Positions 10,621 to 20,286 are shown, numbered from the stretch's first letter. The stretch: 64,000 bases of DNA from Candidatus Thorarchaeota archaeon (GCA_046758445.1 JBHIAE010000009.1:1-64000); one strand, 5' to 3'. Numbers and translations are program-made. Notes: generated by a model from the letters alone, not told the origin.

Positions 10621-11274
10621 ATTAGCGGCTCGTCATATGTATACAAGATAATTGTAGTCGGTGATGCTGAAGTAGGAAAGACCAGCACCGTCAACAGGTG
10701 GGCCCATGGTTGGTTTAGACACGACTACAAGCTCACTGTTGGCGTACAACACTATAGCCGCACCATTGAGCTTGGAAAGGGCGAAGACAAGACGAGCATC
10801 AAGCTGATCATTTGGGACATGGCTGGTCAAGACGTCTTCAAGGAGCTAAGGGCTTCATTCTACGATGGGGCTACTGGTACCGTTCTGATGTTTGACATTA
10901 CTAGAAAGAGAACATTCAACCATATGCAACGTTGGATTGAAGAGGCGTGGGAGAATATCGGCGAACGGGTTCCAGTCGTAGTCGTGGCGAACAAAGCAGA
11001 CTTGAAGCCTCATCGTGTACCGAAGAAAGACATCGCCAAATATGCAAAGAGTCTGCAGGCGCCATACCTCGTTACAAGCGCACTTACAGGCTCCAACGTC
11101 ACAGATCTCTTCGAGCTAGTGGCGAAAATCGTACATCAGGAAACACAGGGAATTGTCCCAAAGGGTCACGACTGGTCAAAACGACCGCGAAAAAGAACAA
11201 CAAAGAAGAAGCCAACAGCCAAGAAGACCTCCAAGAAGGAGCCTAAAGCAAAGCGACAATCTCGTCAAGGCTAG
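10621..11274 (+). CDS. Rab/Ras-like small GTPase with polybasic C-terminal tail (N-terminus missed by the ORF track)
   Basis: Frame is open from TAG 10603: 'ISGSSYVYKIIVVGDAEVGKTS...YKLTVGV...IWDMAGQ...NKAD...TSA'; all G1-G5 motifs present; no in-frame ATG/GTG/TTG before G1, so ATT 10621 is the likely start. Confidence 0.9.
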   Translation: MSGSSYVYKIIVVGDAEVGKTSTVNRWAHGWFRHDYKLTVGVQHYSRTIELGKGEDKTSIKLIIWDMAGQDVFKELRASFYDGATGTVLMFDITRKRTFNHMQRWIEEAWENIGERVPVVVVANKADLKPHRVPKKDIAKYAKSLQAPYLVTSALTGSNVTDLFELVAKIVHQETQGIVPKGHDWSKRPRKRTTKKKPTAKKTSKKEPKAKRQSRQG

Positions 11275-12058
11275 ATACAGAAAAGTCTGGCTTCGTGTCT
11301 AGTCCTCTTGGGTCAGACACTTCGTCGCTACTTCGGCTGTGATTCACCAGTATTGTGGTCATCCCAGCCGCATTCCCCCCAGCTATGTCGGAGTGTGGGT
11401 TGTCACCGACCATGACTGCATCCCTAACCTCGAAACCTAGGACAGTCACGGTTTCTACGAAGATTTCTGGCATGGGTTTTCCCACAACGACTGCCTCAAC
11501 CCCAGTAGCGTGTTCTATTGCTGTCACAATGGATCTTTCACCTATGAAGACATCCTCATTCCCCAGATAGACACCGCCATACTTCAGACTACCACTAACG
11601 CAAATCAACGTTGCACCGTCCTGGACCATCTTGGTGGCAAAGTTGAGTTCTTGAAACGTGAGACCTCGGTCTGCTGCAACTGCGACGTACTCAACCGGGG
11701 GATTGTTTGTGACGTTGAGGCCGCGCGCAACGAAGTCTTCTGTTGCCCCGCCCTCGCTTATGACAAAGCATCTAGCTCCCGGTGACCTGTTGAACACGTA
11801 CGCGGCGGCTGCCGCTCCTGCGCCGAATGTTCTATCTCGAGTCAGACTGAATCCGGCCTGTGTCAGAGTGCTGTGTATCTGTCGAGAAGAGAGTCTTCCA
11901 ACATTGGTGAGAATGGCATTAGTTCGTCCCAACGACTCAAGATGATTCCATAGGTTCAATGCGTCAGGAAACACTTCGGGATGCTCAATGTCCCTGACCA
12001 GAGTATTGTCAACGTCAAAAAGCCACAAACGCTTCTGTTCCAAATCCATGTATTCCAC
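11243..12058 (-). CDS. HAD-IIA (NagD-like) phosphatase
   Basis: 'FDVDNTL', 'LTN', 'GKP', 'MVGDNPHSDI'. Confidence 0.9.
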   Translation of the reverse strand: MEYMDLEQKRLWLFDVDNTLVRDIEHPEVFPDALNLWNHLESLGRTNAILTNVGRLSSRQIHSTLTQAGFSLTRDRTFGAGAAAAAYVFNRSPGARCFVISEGGATEDFVARGLNVTNNPPVEYVAVAADRGLTFQELNFATKMVQDGATLICVSGSLKYGGVYLGNEDVFIGERSIVTAIEHATGVEAVVVGKPMPEIFVETVTVLGFEVRDAVMVGDNPHSDIAGGNAAGMTTILVNHSRSSDEVSDPRGLDTKPDFSVSSLDEIVALL

Positions 12059-12112
12059 CTTTGTGCCCTTGACTTCTCATGCAAAAGAATCTGTCTGGAA
12101 AAGTGCTATAGA

Positions 12113-12463
12113 CTACTCCTTCTCTTTGAGAGGTATCACGCATATGAATTTGAAAGGCTCGCTGCCCTCCGTATTGTCATACCCGTGGTGAAAGTCCGGA
12201 GGGATAAACACTACATCATCCTTCTTGGCGACATCAGCTTCGCAATCGCCCAACAGCTTCGCTTCTCCTTGTAATATGAAGATCTGATGTTCTTCTGGAT
12301 GAGAATGTGGTGGAACTATGCCGCCCGGTTGTATCTCAAAATAGCGCATCGCATAAGTGATTGCTCCGGTCCTGCGTCCAATCAGCCATCGAACAGTGGT
12401 CTTCTCTGCTCCGGGCAATGAAACCTCGGATTCTTCTCTCTCTCTGAAGTTGACTACGTACAT
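12113..12463 (-). CDS. Cupin-domain protein
   Basis: 'PPHSHPEEH...G...GDVVFIP'-like motif (here 'DDVVFIPPDFHHG'). Confidence 0.88.
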   Translation of the reverse strand: MYVVNFREREESEVSLPGAEKTTVRWLIGRRTGAITYAMRYFEIQPGGIVPPHSHPEEHQIFILQGEAKLLGDCEADVAKKDDVVFIPPDFHHGYDNTEGSEPFKFICVIPLKEKE

Positions 12464-12663
12464 CAGATGATTACACCTCAATCGCAGGGGGTCAATCTCA
12501 TGCAGCCTGAGGGTGGCGCCATAATAGTATTAGGTTATAGACCTCCAAGCCCCCAGTTTCGACTGAAAGTAGAACAACCACAGAAAGGTTAATCTAACTT
12601 GCTCGGCAATCTCCACCAGAACCACCCGAACGCTGCTTGCCAATATCTGTAGAAGGGATGAGC

Positions 12664-13188
12664 ATGAGTGAAGAAGACACATACGTTCGAGCAAAACTCA
12701 CTGAGATTAACGGTGCCATCGAACGACTGACTCAGATGCTAAACAGAATGATAGACGTTCTCTCCAAGATTACCGAGGTACAGGATTCAAACTCGGAGAT
12801 TGCCTTGACTGTTGCAGCCAACAGTGAAAAGCTTGACGAACTCATGACCCGATTGGAAGGTATCTCTGTGTCTGCACAGGTGGCCGCGGCCACAGAAGCG
12901 TCAACTATTGCCCAGAAGGGCGCGGTTTCAGGCCTCCAGGCTGTACTCGACACATTGGAATCTCAGATTAAGGAAGGAGTCATTGCCAGCGACCTATCAG
13001 GCAAGATACATCAGGCTGCCAGCGCTATGGATCAGAAAGGCGGAGCCGGACAATTGGTTGTAAAGATGCAGCGATGGGTGCGCATTCTGAAGACCTATGG
13101 TAGAGTTGACCCAATCAGTCCAGGAGACATTCAGAAGCTTCGAAGTGACATAAGGAAGTGGCAGAAGGAGATCGCAGAAGCCAGATAG
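12664..13188 (+). CDS. Coiled-coil protein with C-terminal helical bundle (possibly Vps28-CTD-like)
   Basis: Heptad-rich N-terminal half; C-terminal 'KMQRWVRILKTYGRVDPISPGDIQKLRSDI'. Confidence 0.7.
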   Translation: MSEEDTYVRAKLTEINGAIERLTQMLNRMIDVLSKITEVQDSNSEIALTVAANSEKLDELMTRLEGISVSAQVAAATEASTIAQKGAVSGLQAVLDTLESQIKEGVIASDLSGKIHQAASAMDQKGGAGQLVVKMQRWVRILKTYGRVDPISPGDIQKLRSDIRKWQKEIAEAR

Positions 13189-13336
13189 ATCAGTATTCAC
13201 GCGATAATCACTTGCCAATACCTTCAAACTCGCAGTTCAGACTCCTTATAAAGGCACGACGTTTGGTGAATATTTAATAGGAGTTCCTTTGAGCTTCAAA
13301 TATCCCTTCTGCCGGGAGTTAAAGGGGTGCACCAAT

Positions 13337-13675
13337 ATGTTACCAGACGACTGGGAGATGAGTGTTCGAGATAGTATCGAACGATTTCCTCAACCGCATA
13401 GGGACAAGATCATGGAAGCTTGGTATGAATGGCTTCAGATGAATCCCGAACCTCCTTATCATAAGAGCTGGTCAGAATACTCGGCTCGCTTGGACGACCA
13501 GGAGTCACTCTACACGGAAACCCGTGTCTATCTGAAACGAGTAACAAATGATCTTCGCGATCTCGAAGTTCCTCAAACAACATGGCAGAAGATAGCCAAG
13601 GCTCTTGCCGCAGTTGCGAGTGTCTTTCTTGTGATCTTCCTGGCCCTCTCGAGACTGGCAAGGGCGGCTGAGTGA
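13337..13675 (+). CDS. Small tail-anchored membrane protein
   Basis: Soluble N-domain plus a single C-terminal TM 'ALAAVASVFLVIFLALS'; SD GGGGTG upstream. Confidence 0.75.
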   Translation: MLPDDWEMSVRDSIERFPQPHRDKIMEAWYEWLQMNPEPPYHKSWSEYSARLDDQESLYTETRVYLKRVTNDLRDLEVPQTTWQKIAKALAAVASVFLVIFLALSRLARAAE

Positions 13676-13746
13676 CATCGACAGAGTGACTCGTCTTTTC
13701 TGAGAGGCCCACTTATATTGAGCCTACACTGCAACTTACAATAGCG

Positions 13747-15240
13747 ATGGATTCGGCAGAGATTGAGTTGCCTGGCACCATGCAAGAAAGGATTGATGAG
13801 GCCGCAGAAGCAATCCAAAACGCAAAGAAGGCACTCGCAATCTCCCACATCGATGCCGACGGCATTAGTGCATTGTCAATAATCGTTTCAGTTCTCGAGA
13901 GAGTAGGTGCAGACGTAGTTTGGCGAAATATCCACCAATTGAACTCCGAAACCATCCAAGATGTCTTAGACCTGACCACTGAACACAGACCGGATTTGGT
14001 GGTCTTCAGTGACCTTGGCACTGGTCAAATGGAATTCATACAAGACACAGTTGCTCTCGAGGACTACGTGACTCGCGTCATAGTCCTCGACCACCACGTG
14101 CCATCTGAAGAGAGAAGTGGTCCAATCTCTGGAGATTCAGACAGCAAGATCGTTGAAGTCAATCCTTGCCAGCATGGGCTTGATGGCGGGTATGATGTTT
14201 CAGGAGCCGGGGTTTCCTTTCTAGTTGCGCTGAGTCTTTCCAAGGAAAACGTGGATCTTTCAGAGCTAGCAGTCGTTGGAGCCACAGGTGACTTGCAGGA
14301 CCGATACGGAAAGGGTTTCACCAATGTAAACAGTGAGATTGTCAAGTTGGCAGAGAGCGCCGGACTTGTCAGCGTTGAGAGAGACTTGACGTTTTTCGGA
14401 ATCAATACAAGGCCACTCCCCTACTTGCTTGAGTACGCAACGGAGCCCTATCTTCCAGGGATAACTGGTGACCGTGAGAGTTGCTTTCGCTTCTTTGAAG
14501 AACTGAAGATTCCCATAAGAAACTCTGAGGATAGATGGCGTACATGGACTGATCTTGAGGATGAAGAGAAACAGGCAGTAATTCAGCGATTATTCAGTCA
14601 TATACTAGAAACGTATGAAGACCCGAGCGTGGCAACGGGTATTGTTGGCGATGTGATATACCTCGTGAAACGCCCAGAAAGAACTGAGATGAGGACAGCC
14701 AAGGAATTCTCCACCCTACTTAATGCATGTGGGCGAAACAGACGACCAGAAATCGGAGTCAGGGTGTGCCTCGGTGATGAAGAGGCCTATCAGCAAGGAC
14801 GCACACTTCTGCATCAGCACCGAACCAACCTCGCATCTGCGCTTCGAAGACTTGAAACAGACGGATACCTCGAGGAAGAGGGCATGTACGTTGTGCGGGA
14901 CCCACAAACACCAGACACAATCATCGGCATCGTGATTGGCATGGCCCAGGGGTCTAGAATAGTCCCCGAGGACAAACCAGTAATTGGAGTGAGCACAAAT
15001 ACGACCGGCGAGGGCCCTCTGGTCAAGATTTCTGGACGCGCAAGGAAGACCCTAGTTGACAGAGGTGTCAATCTCAGAGATGCATTCGTTTCAGTTGGCG
15101 AATTGATGAACGAAGCACACAAGAGGCAGGTGGTGGAGGCCGGAGGTCATCCGATGGCAGCGGGAGCCTTTGTTCACACTGACAACCTAGACGAGTTCTT
15201 GAACCTTGTTTCAACTCAGCTGGCTAAGAGAATCAGCTGA
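13747..15240 (+). CDS. recJ: DHH/DHHA1 phosphoesterase, archaeal RecJ/GAN (Cdc45-related)
   Basis: 'SHIDADGI', 'FSDLG', 'LDHH', 'GATGD', 'GGHPMAAG'. Confidence 0.88.
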   Translation: MDSAEIELPGTMQERIDEAAEAIQNAKKALAISHIDADGISALSIIVSVLERVGADVVWRNIHQLNSETIQDVLDLTTEHRPDLVVFSDLGTGQMEFIQDTVALEDYVTRVIVLDHHVPSEERSGPISGDSDSKIVEVNPCQHGLDGGYDVSGAGVSFLVALSLSKENVDLSELAVVGATGDLQDRYGKGFTNVNSEIVKLAESAGLVSVERDLTFFGINTRPLPYLLEYATEPYLPGITGDRESCFRFFEELKIPIRNSEDRWRTWTDLEDEEKQAVIQRLFSHILETYEDPSVATGIVGDVIYLVKRPERTEMRTAKEFSTLLNACGRNRRPEIGVRVCLGDEEAYQQGRTLLHQHRTNLASALRRLETDGYLEEEGMYVVRDPQTPDTIIGIVIGMAQGSRIVPEDKPVIGVSTNTTGEGPLVKISGRARKTLVDRGVNLRDAFVSVGELMNEAHKRQVVEAGGHPMAAGAFVHTDNLDEFLNLVSTQLAKRIS

Positions 15241-15294
15241 AAAAAAGCGTGAGATGGGAGAGGAGTCCCCCACTAACTCACTTTCTGGTCGCGT

Positions 15295-15768
15295 TCAGTA
15301 CTCTTCAGCTGTAAGGGAGGCTCCAATTATACCCGGTACAAAGAGTAGCGCAAATGAAACTCCCAAGTCAATTGCTATGTTCTGGGCTATGTTTGCCAAC
15401 AGAGAGAGATCTGTCGGCGACAGTCCAAGTGTGAGTACAAAGTACCCAAGAAAGAACAAGCCAATAGCAATCAACGAAACAAAGAGCATCCTAACTCCAC
15501 TCTTGGAGATGAGGCCAGCGATGAAACCGGCAACTCCCAGAGCAACTAGTGGTGCATAGGCTCCACCAATAGCGAATGTGTACGGAAATATGAGCTGGCC
15601 GAACAACAAAGCACCCAGAATCGTCAACTGACCAGTGATATCGCCAGAATTCAGTATCAGCTGAATCTGATCTACTGTAAGACCAAGAATCTGAAAGGCA
15701 CCGATTACGATCGCTACAACAAGTGCAATCACTAGTGCCATGATTGTTCTGAACATAGTTGTGAACAC
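15295..15768 (-). CDS. Uncharacterised multi-TM membrane protein
   Basis: Highly hydrophobic 157-aa ORF; T-run on the minus strand after the stop (A-run around 15240-15247). Confidence 0.8.
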   Translation of the reverse strand: MFTTMFRTIMALVIALVVAIVIGAFQILGLTVDQIQLILNSGDITGQLTILGALLFGQLIFPYTFAIGGAYAPLVALGVAGFIAGLISKSGVRMLFVSLIAIGLFFLGYFVLTLGLSPTDLSLLANIAQNIAIDLGVSFALLFVPGIIGASLTAEEY

Positions 15769-15952
15769 TTCCTATGTGGATGCACGTATCCGTGTCTACG
15801 TTGTGTCGCATCTCCGCTTTTATACTTCTTGGACATCATTTCATACGAATAACCCTCCCAGAGGATGCCAGTGCCTCAGAAAGCACCTTGTCTTGAGAAC
15901 CATGGTAGATTGTTACACCAGAGGTTCACAACACATTAGACCGGGATGGATG

Positions 15953-17536
15953 TCATATGAAGCTTTCACGACTCCTTCCCCTCCAGACGACGAGTGCGGC
16001 CGCTAACACCGAACAGGCAAGGAGCGAGATGGAAGAGGCAGAAAAGGCAAATCTCAGATCATCTGAGATGTTCTTGATGGAGTACTTTGAAATGACGACG
16101 ATTGAGTCAATAGAATCGGAAATGTTGCTCATCAACGAGAACGAACACCAAACCTCGAACACATATTCCCCATCGAGTAGGTTATGAGTATTGACATCCA
16201 CTTTCCAGTCTAGATTGCATTCACCCAATGGGACCCCTTTGATGGTGATCGGCTGAAAGGATGGATCTCGCATGCTCTCAACACGCACGTATACGGATGT
16301 GAGTCTGTAAGGCTTGTGATTCTGGGCTATTGTACAGGAGTTGAATACCACATGAAAGTAGACCTTGTCGAAAATGAAATCTTTTTGAGCTACTTTGGTT
16401 CCATTCTCGTAGAAGAGACCTGTGTTTGCTTCGTAAGTCGAGTCTTCCCAGAAACTCCAGTTCCCAACACTTCCCGTAAGAGCATACCTGACTGCACTCA
16501 CAAGGAATGCCTGCATGAACTCTACGCTACTGATTACATCGCTTGCCATTATGCCCGAGTGAAAGACGCTTCCACTACCGTACCAGTGCTGATAAGCCGC
16601 AATGGGCTCGTCGGGAGCCTCATTCGGATTCTTGAAGTGCCAATACCCGATTATCTCAGTGTTTGTGAGATTCTCCAGCTTGTTCTCTTCATGAGCTCCG
16701 TAGGGACTTTTTATGTTCTCACCATAGTTACATCTGATGTAGTCGCTAATCGGGTGGGATGTGTTGGCAAAGAAATAGTCATAGTGTTGACCGCTCCAGT
16801 AGGTCCAGAAGTTGCTACCAACCCAGTTCCTGTTCTCTTCGGGCCACCTGTGAAAGTCTGACTTCCAAGCATGTGTCCCATTGAACTCCCATCCATGGCC
16901 CTTTACAAGGCTGAGATACCCGGGCTCTTCGGGTGAGCCAGATGGATGGTATTTTACTTCGGCGAGGAAGTTGCATGCATCCATTATGATGAGGGTACCA
17001 CCTGTTTCAACAAATCGCCTGTAGGCAATGTACTCTTCAGCAGTAACGTACTCAGTAAACCCGAGTATGACTGCATCGTATGCTCTCCTCCCGTCCTGAA
17101 ACAGCGCACCCATTGTAACGTTGATCTCGTCAATTAGTGCAACACTCTCACAGAGGCCCACACCTGCCAAACGCGCCTTAGGACTGTTTAGGAACGTGTG
17201 GAGTCCTGTGCTCCATTGCCACCCAGATTTGACCGTTACATTAAGCCAGTCTAGATCTGTGGTTATGTAGGGCTCATTGCTATGTCCGTACTTCCAATAG
17301 AAATTATAGAATGCACTCGAATACGCAGTGTCCGAGAAGATAGGTTTGACGACAGCGACCCTCAGCTCGTTCTCTGATGATACAGTTGAGGAGGAGGCAC
17401 CGGACTTCTGGACTTCTGACAGCCTTGACACTGCCGAGTCATGAGCCGCTATTAGTGCAACTGAAGAGCTACCGAAGGCAACGATTAGGGTGACCAAGAT
17501 TGCTACAGAACCGAGGGATAGTCTGATAGGCCTCAC
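15953..17536 (-). CDS. Membrane-anchored extracellular protein, N,N-dimethylformamidase beta-subunit/GATase-like domain
   Basis: N-terminal signal, C-terminal TM; 'AVVKPIFSDTAY' and 'TEYVTAEEY..YRRFVETGGTLIIM' resemble the DMFase-beta family; many NxS/T sequons. Confidence 0.6.
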   Translation of the reverse strand: MRPIRLSLGSVAILVTLIVAFGSSSVALIAAHDSAVSRLSEVQKSGASSSTVSSENELRVAVVKPIFSDTAYSSAFYNFYWKYGHSNEPYITTDLDWLNVTVKSGWQWSTGLHTFLNSPKARLAGVGLCESVALIDEINVTMGALFQDGRRAYDAVILGFTEYVTAEEYIAYRRFVETGGTLIIMDACNFLAEVKYHPSGSPEEPGYLSLVKGHGWEFNGTHAWKSDFHRWPEENRNWVGSNFWTYWSGQHYDYFFANTSHPISDYIRCNYGENIKSPYGAHEENKLENLTNTEIIGYWHFKNPNEAPDEPIAAYQHWYGSGSVFHSGIMASDVISSVEFMQAFLVSAVRYALTGSVGNWSFWEDSTYEANTGLFYENGTKVAQKDFIFDKVYFHVVFNSCTIAQNHKPYRLTSVYVRVESMRDPSFQPITIKGVPLGECNLDWKVDVNTHNLLDGEYVFEVWCSFSLMSNISDSIDSIVVISKYSIKNISDDLRFAFSASSISLLACSVLAAALVVWRGRSRESFI

Positions 17537-17688
17537 ATCTCCACTCCGACCTTCCAGCTAATGAAGGCTGCTAACACCAACTCGTGTCAAACGTACTCTT
17601 TAGGCTTCTTATCAGAATTGGTGCCACTTGTGTGAAATGTCCAGCTTGCAAAGATGAGAGATGAAGACTCCCAAAGGCGCAGTGAATG

Positions 17689-18144
17689 TCAGGATCTCAT
17701 GAGAAGGAGAACATCTTCGGCTACGCTATCTAGAAGGCTCTTGATTCGTGGATGTAGACCTAACGTTTCTATTGCGTCTGGATGAGCCCATATGACTTCG
17801 GCATCTTCATGTTCAGGAACTAGGTAGAAGGAGGATGCGCGACAAAGATAGTGGTTGAGCACGAAGTGGTACTCCACCTTCCCGTTTGAGTCAAGAGTTA
17901 TGAGATCGGCAGTGCTCACAAAGCGAAGAACCTCACATTCCACGCCTGTTTCCTCCAAGACTTCTCTTTTCACAGCTTGTTCCTGCGTTTCACCAATCTC
18001 CACCGCACCACCAGGAATGCTTAGGACACCTTTGCCGGGATCCTTGTCACGCCTACCCAGTAGAACACCTTCTTGTCCAACAACAATCGCCCCGACTCCA
18101 ATAATAGGACTAGAAGGATACCGTCTATCACTCATGATACTCAC
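17689..18144 (-). CDS. Nudix hydrolase (ADP-ribose pyrophosphatase-like)
   Basis: Nudix box 'GGAVEIGETQEQAVKREVLEETGV'. Confidence 0.93.
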   Translation of the reverse strand: MSIMSDRRYPSSPIIGVGAIVVGQEGVLLGRRDKDPGKGVLSIPGGAVEIGETQEQAVKREVLEETGVECEVLRFVSTADLITLDSNGKVEYHFVLNHYLCRASSFYLVPEHEDAEVIWAHPDAIETLGLHPRIKSLLDSVAEDVLLLMRS

Positions 18145-18161
18145 CTCTCAAGTATGATGTG

Positions 18162-19337
18162 TCACACACCAGCTAATCCAGAAGGCATCCGAATGAGTGC
18201 TCCACATTCAGAACATATACGGTCAGCATAGATATCAAAACCGACTTGCTCAGAATATGGAAGACGCTCTTCACAACCACACACTTCACAGAATGTCTTG
18301 ACGTAGCTCCTCAACTCGAATGCAACGCGCCAGGCATTCCTTGAGTGCTCCAGGAGCCCAACTCGATCATATTGTTTTGCCAGTGCAACCCAAGGTGCCG
18401 CAGAAGTTGGGTCTGCCCGGGTCCATTTCACCAGACAGTCAATGAACTCCTCTTCACGGCCCAGCATCGAATACGCATAGCAAAGCCCTCTCCAATTCTC
18501 GACGTCCTTATCGACGAGGGATTCAGCTCTCCTAAGACACTCTTCCGATGCCGTTTCTTCGTGAACATTATGGAACAAGACTGCGAGCCGAGACAGGGCT
18601 TCAACGCTTTCTTGATCCTGCTCTAGGACTTCAGAGAAGCATTCCCTGGCCCCTTCATGCTCGCCCGATTGAAATCGAAGCTCACCGAGAAGAATCAGTG
18701 ACCTGTAATCTCGTGGGGCGAGTGTGTGGGCGTGTCCAACAAAGGGTGCAGCCTCGTATGTCCTACCTAGAGTCAGCATGAGAAAGGCATAGTTCGAAAC
18801 AGCCGCCATAAGCCGTGGCTCAAGTCGATGCAACGACTCCCATTCCTGTGCTGCTGCTGTGAAGTCTCCAAGCTTATAGAGCCCGAGCGCGTACATGGCA
18901 CGGATGTCAATACTGTTTGGAAATCTCTCAATTGCATCCTTTAGTGTACTAGTGACCTCACTATACTTGCGCTTTTTGTACAATATCTTACCGAGGTCCC
19001 CCCAAGGTTCTGCATGATAGGGATCAAGGCGTATGGAACGACGAATCTCTACTTCGGCATCCTCCAGTTTACCTAAAATCATCAATGCCCGACCCAGAAA
19101 CATTGACAGGACACAGTGTTCCTCAACCAAATCCTGAGCTCTTTCCAGAACTTCAACTGCCTTCTCTGGCTGTTCGTTCTGCACGTAAGCTATGCCCAGA
19201 TATACAAGAACATCAGCTTCTTCATTCTCGTCATCCACAATTGGCTTGAGTATCTCAATGGCGTCACTTGGTCGCCCCTCTTCAAGAGCGAGAACTGCAC
19301 GCGCGATACTCTCATCTGTCAATTCGACATCCGCCAT
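18162..19337 (-). CDS. TPR-repeat protein with C-terminal Zn ribbon
   Basis: Multiple TPR-like repeats; C-terminal CEVC...CSEC; ATG 19337 chosen as start. Confidence 0.85.
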   Translation of the reverse strand: MADVELTDESIARAVLALEEGRPSDAIEILKPIVDDENEEADVLVYLGIAYVQNEQPEKAVEVLERAQDLVEEHCVLSMFLGRALMILGKLEDAEVEIRRSIRLDPYHAEPWGDLGKILYKKRKYSEVTSTLKDAIERFPNSIDIRAMYALGLYKLGDFTAAAQEWESLHRLEPRLMAAVSNYAFLMLTLGRTYEAAPFVGHAHTLAPRDYRSLILLGELRFQSGEHEGARECFSEVLEQDQESVEALSRLAVLFHNVHEETASEECLRRAESLVDKDVENWRGLCYAYSMLGREEEFIDCLVKWTRADPTSAAPWVALAKQYDRVGLLEHSRNAWRVAFELRSYVKTFCEVCGCEERLPYSEQVGFDIYADRICSECGALIRMPSGLAGV

Positions 19338-19419
19338 TGTTCCTGCCGGTAGTGATGCCAAAGTGGATACTACTCTGGCGTCTGGACCACCGCGTATCAT
19401 ATTATAAGAACCTCTGGTT

Positions 19420-20286
19420 ATGGCAAAGATAATGGTCGAAAGAGATTATGCTACCCCCTTCTCAGTACTCCGTGCAGCCAGTATGCTCAGCCATCACTCG
19501 AGATTAGCCAAGTTCAACAAAGCTCTACAGACTTTAGTCAACGAAGACAGCTACGTCGTTGATATCGGTACTGGAACTGGAGTCTTGGCATTCATGGCTG
19601 CAAGAGCCGGAGCGCGTCGCGTGACTGGTATTGACATAAACGGAAGATCAGTTGAATACGCCAGAAAGGCTGCAAGAGAGAATCAACTTGACGGTGTGGT
19701 CGACTTCAGAACGCTCCATTTCTCGGATTTCTCACCCGACATACCAGCTGACATTGTGATTTGTGAGATGCTTTCAGCGATTATGCTAATTGAACAACAG
19801 ATTCCTGCAAGTCGGAATGCAGTTCACCGGATTCTTGCCTCCAACGGAGTCATCCTTCCTCAAAGTGTCACAGTATATGTCGTGCCGGTTGAGTGCGGTT
19901 CTGTATGGGAGAGGTTTCAGGTAGAGAGCCTTCACTTCCCGAAAGTCCCCCAGACAGTGGATAGGAGTACGGCCACGGACCTATCCGACCTTGCAATTCT
20001 GACCGAGTTTGATCTCTTCAGCGAAGAATGTCCCACTCGAGTTGACAAGACCTTGGAATTCACCGTAGTTGATGAAGGGGTGGTTCATGGACTTGTGGGG
20101 CTATTTGAAGCCCAGCTCTACAATGACATTGTGCTGAGAATGGAAGATGGATGGAGGGAGCTCTTCATTCCTTTCGAAGAGCCCATCGAGGTGTCTAGAG
20201 ATGATCTGCTCCGGATCAGGTTAAGATATGTCCCCGGAGTCTACGACTCATTGTCCGTAGAGAATCTGGAAGATAGTTCGAGTTAG
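19420..20286 (+). CDS. PRMT-like SAM-dependent methyltransferase
   Basis: 'VVDIGTGTGVLAFMAARAGA', double-E-like loop 'ICEMLSAIMLIE', 'GVILP', beta-barrel-type segment 'GVVHGLVGLFEAQL' and 'GWRELFIPF'. Confidence 0.8.
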   Translation: MAKIMVERDYATPFSVLRAASMLSHHSRLAKFNKALQTLVNEDSYVVDIGTGTGVLAFMAARAGARRVTGIDINGRSVEYARKAARENQLDGVVDFRTLHFSDFSPDIPADIVICEMLSAIMLIEQQIPASRNAVHRILASNGVILPQSVTVYVVPVECGSVWERFQVESLHFPKVPQTVDRSTATDLSDLAILTEFDLFSEECPTRVDKTLEFTVVDEGVVHGLVGLFEAQLYNDIVLRMEDGWRELFIPFEEPIEVSRDDLLRIRLRYVPGVYDSLSVENLEDSSS

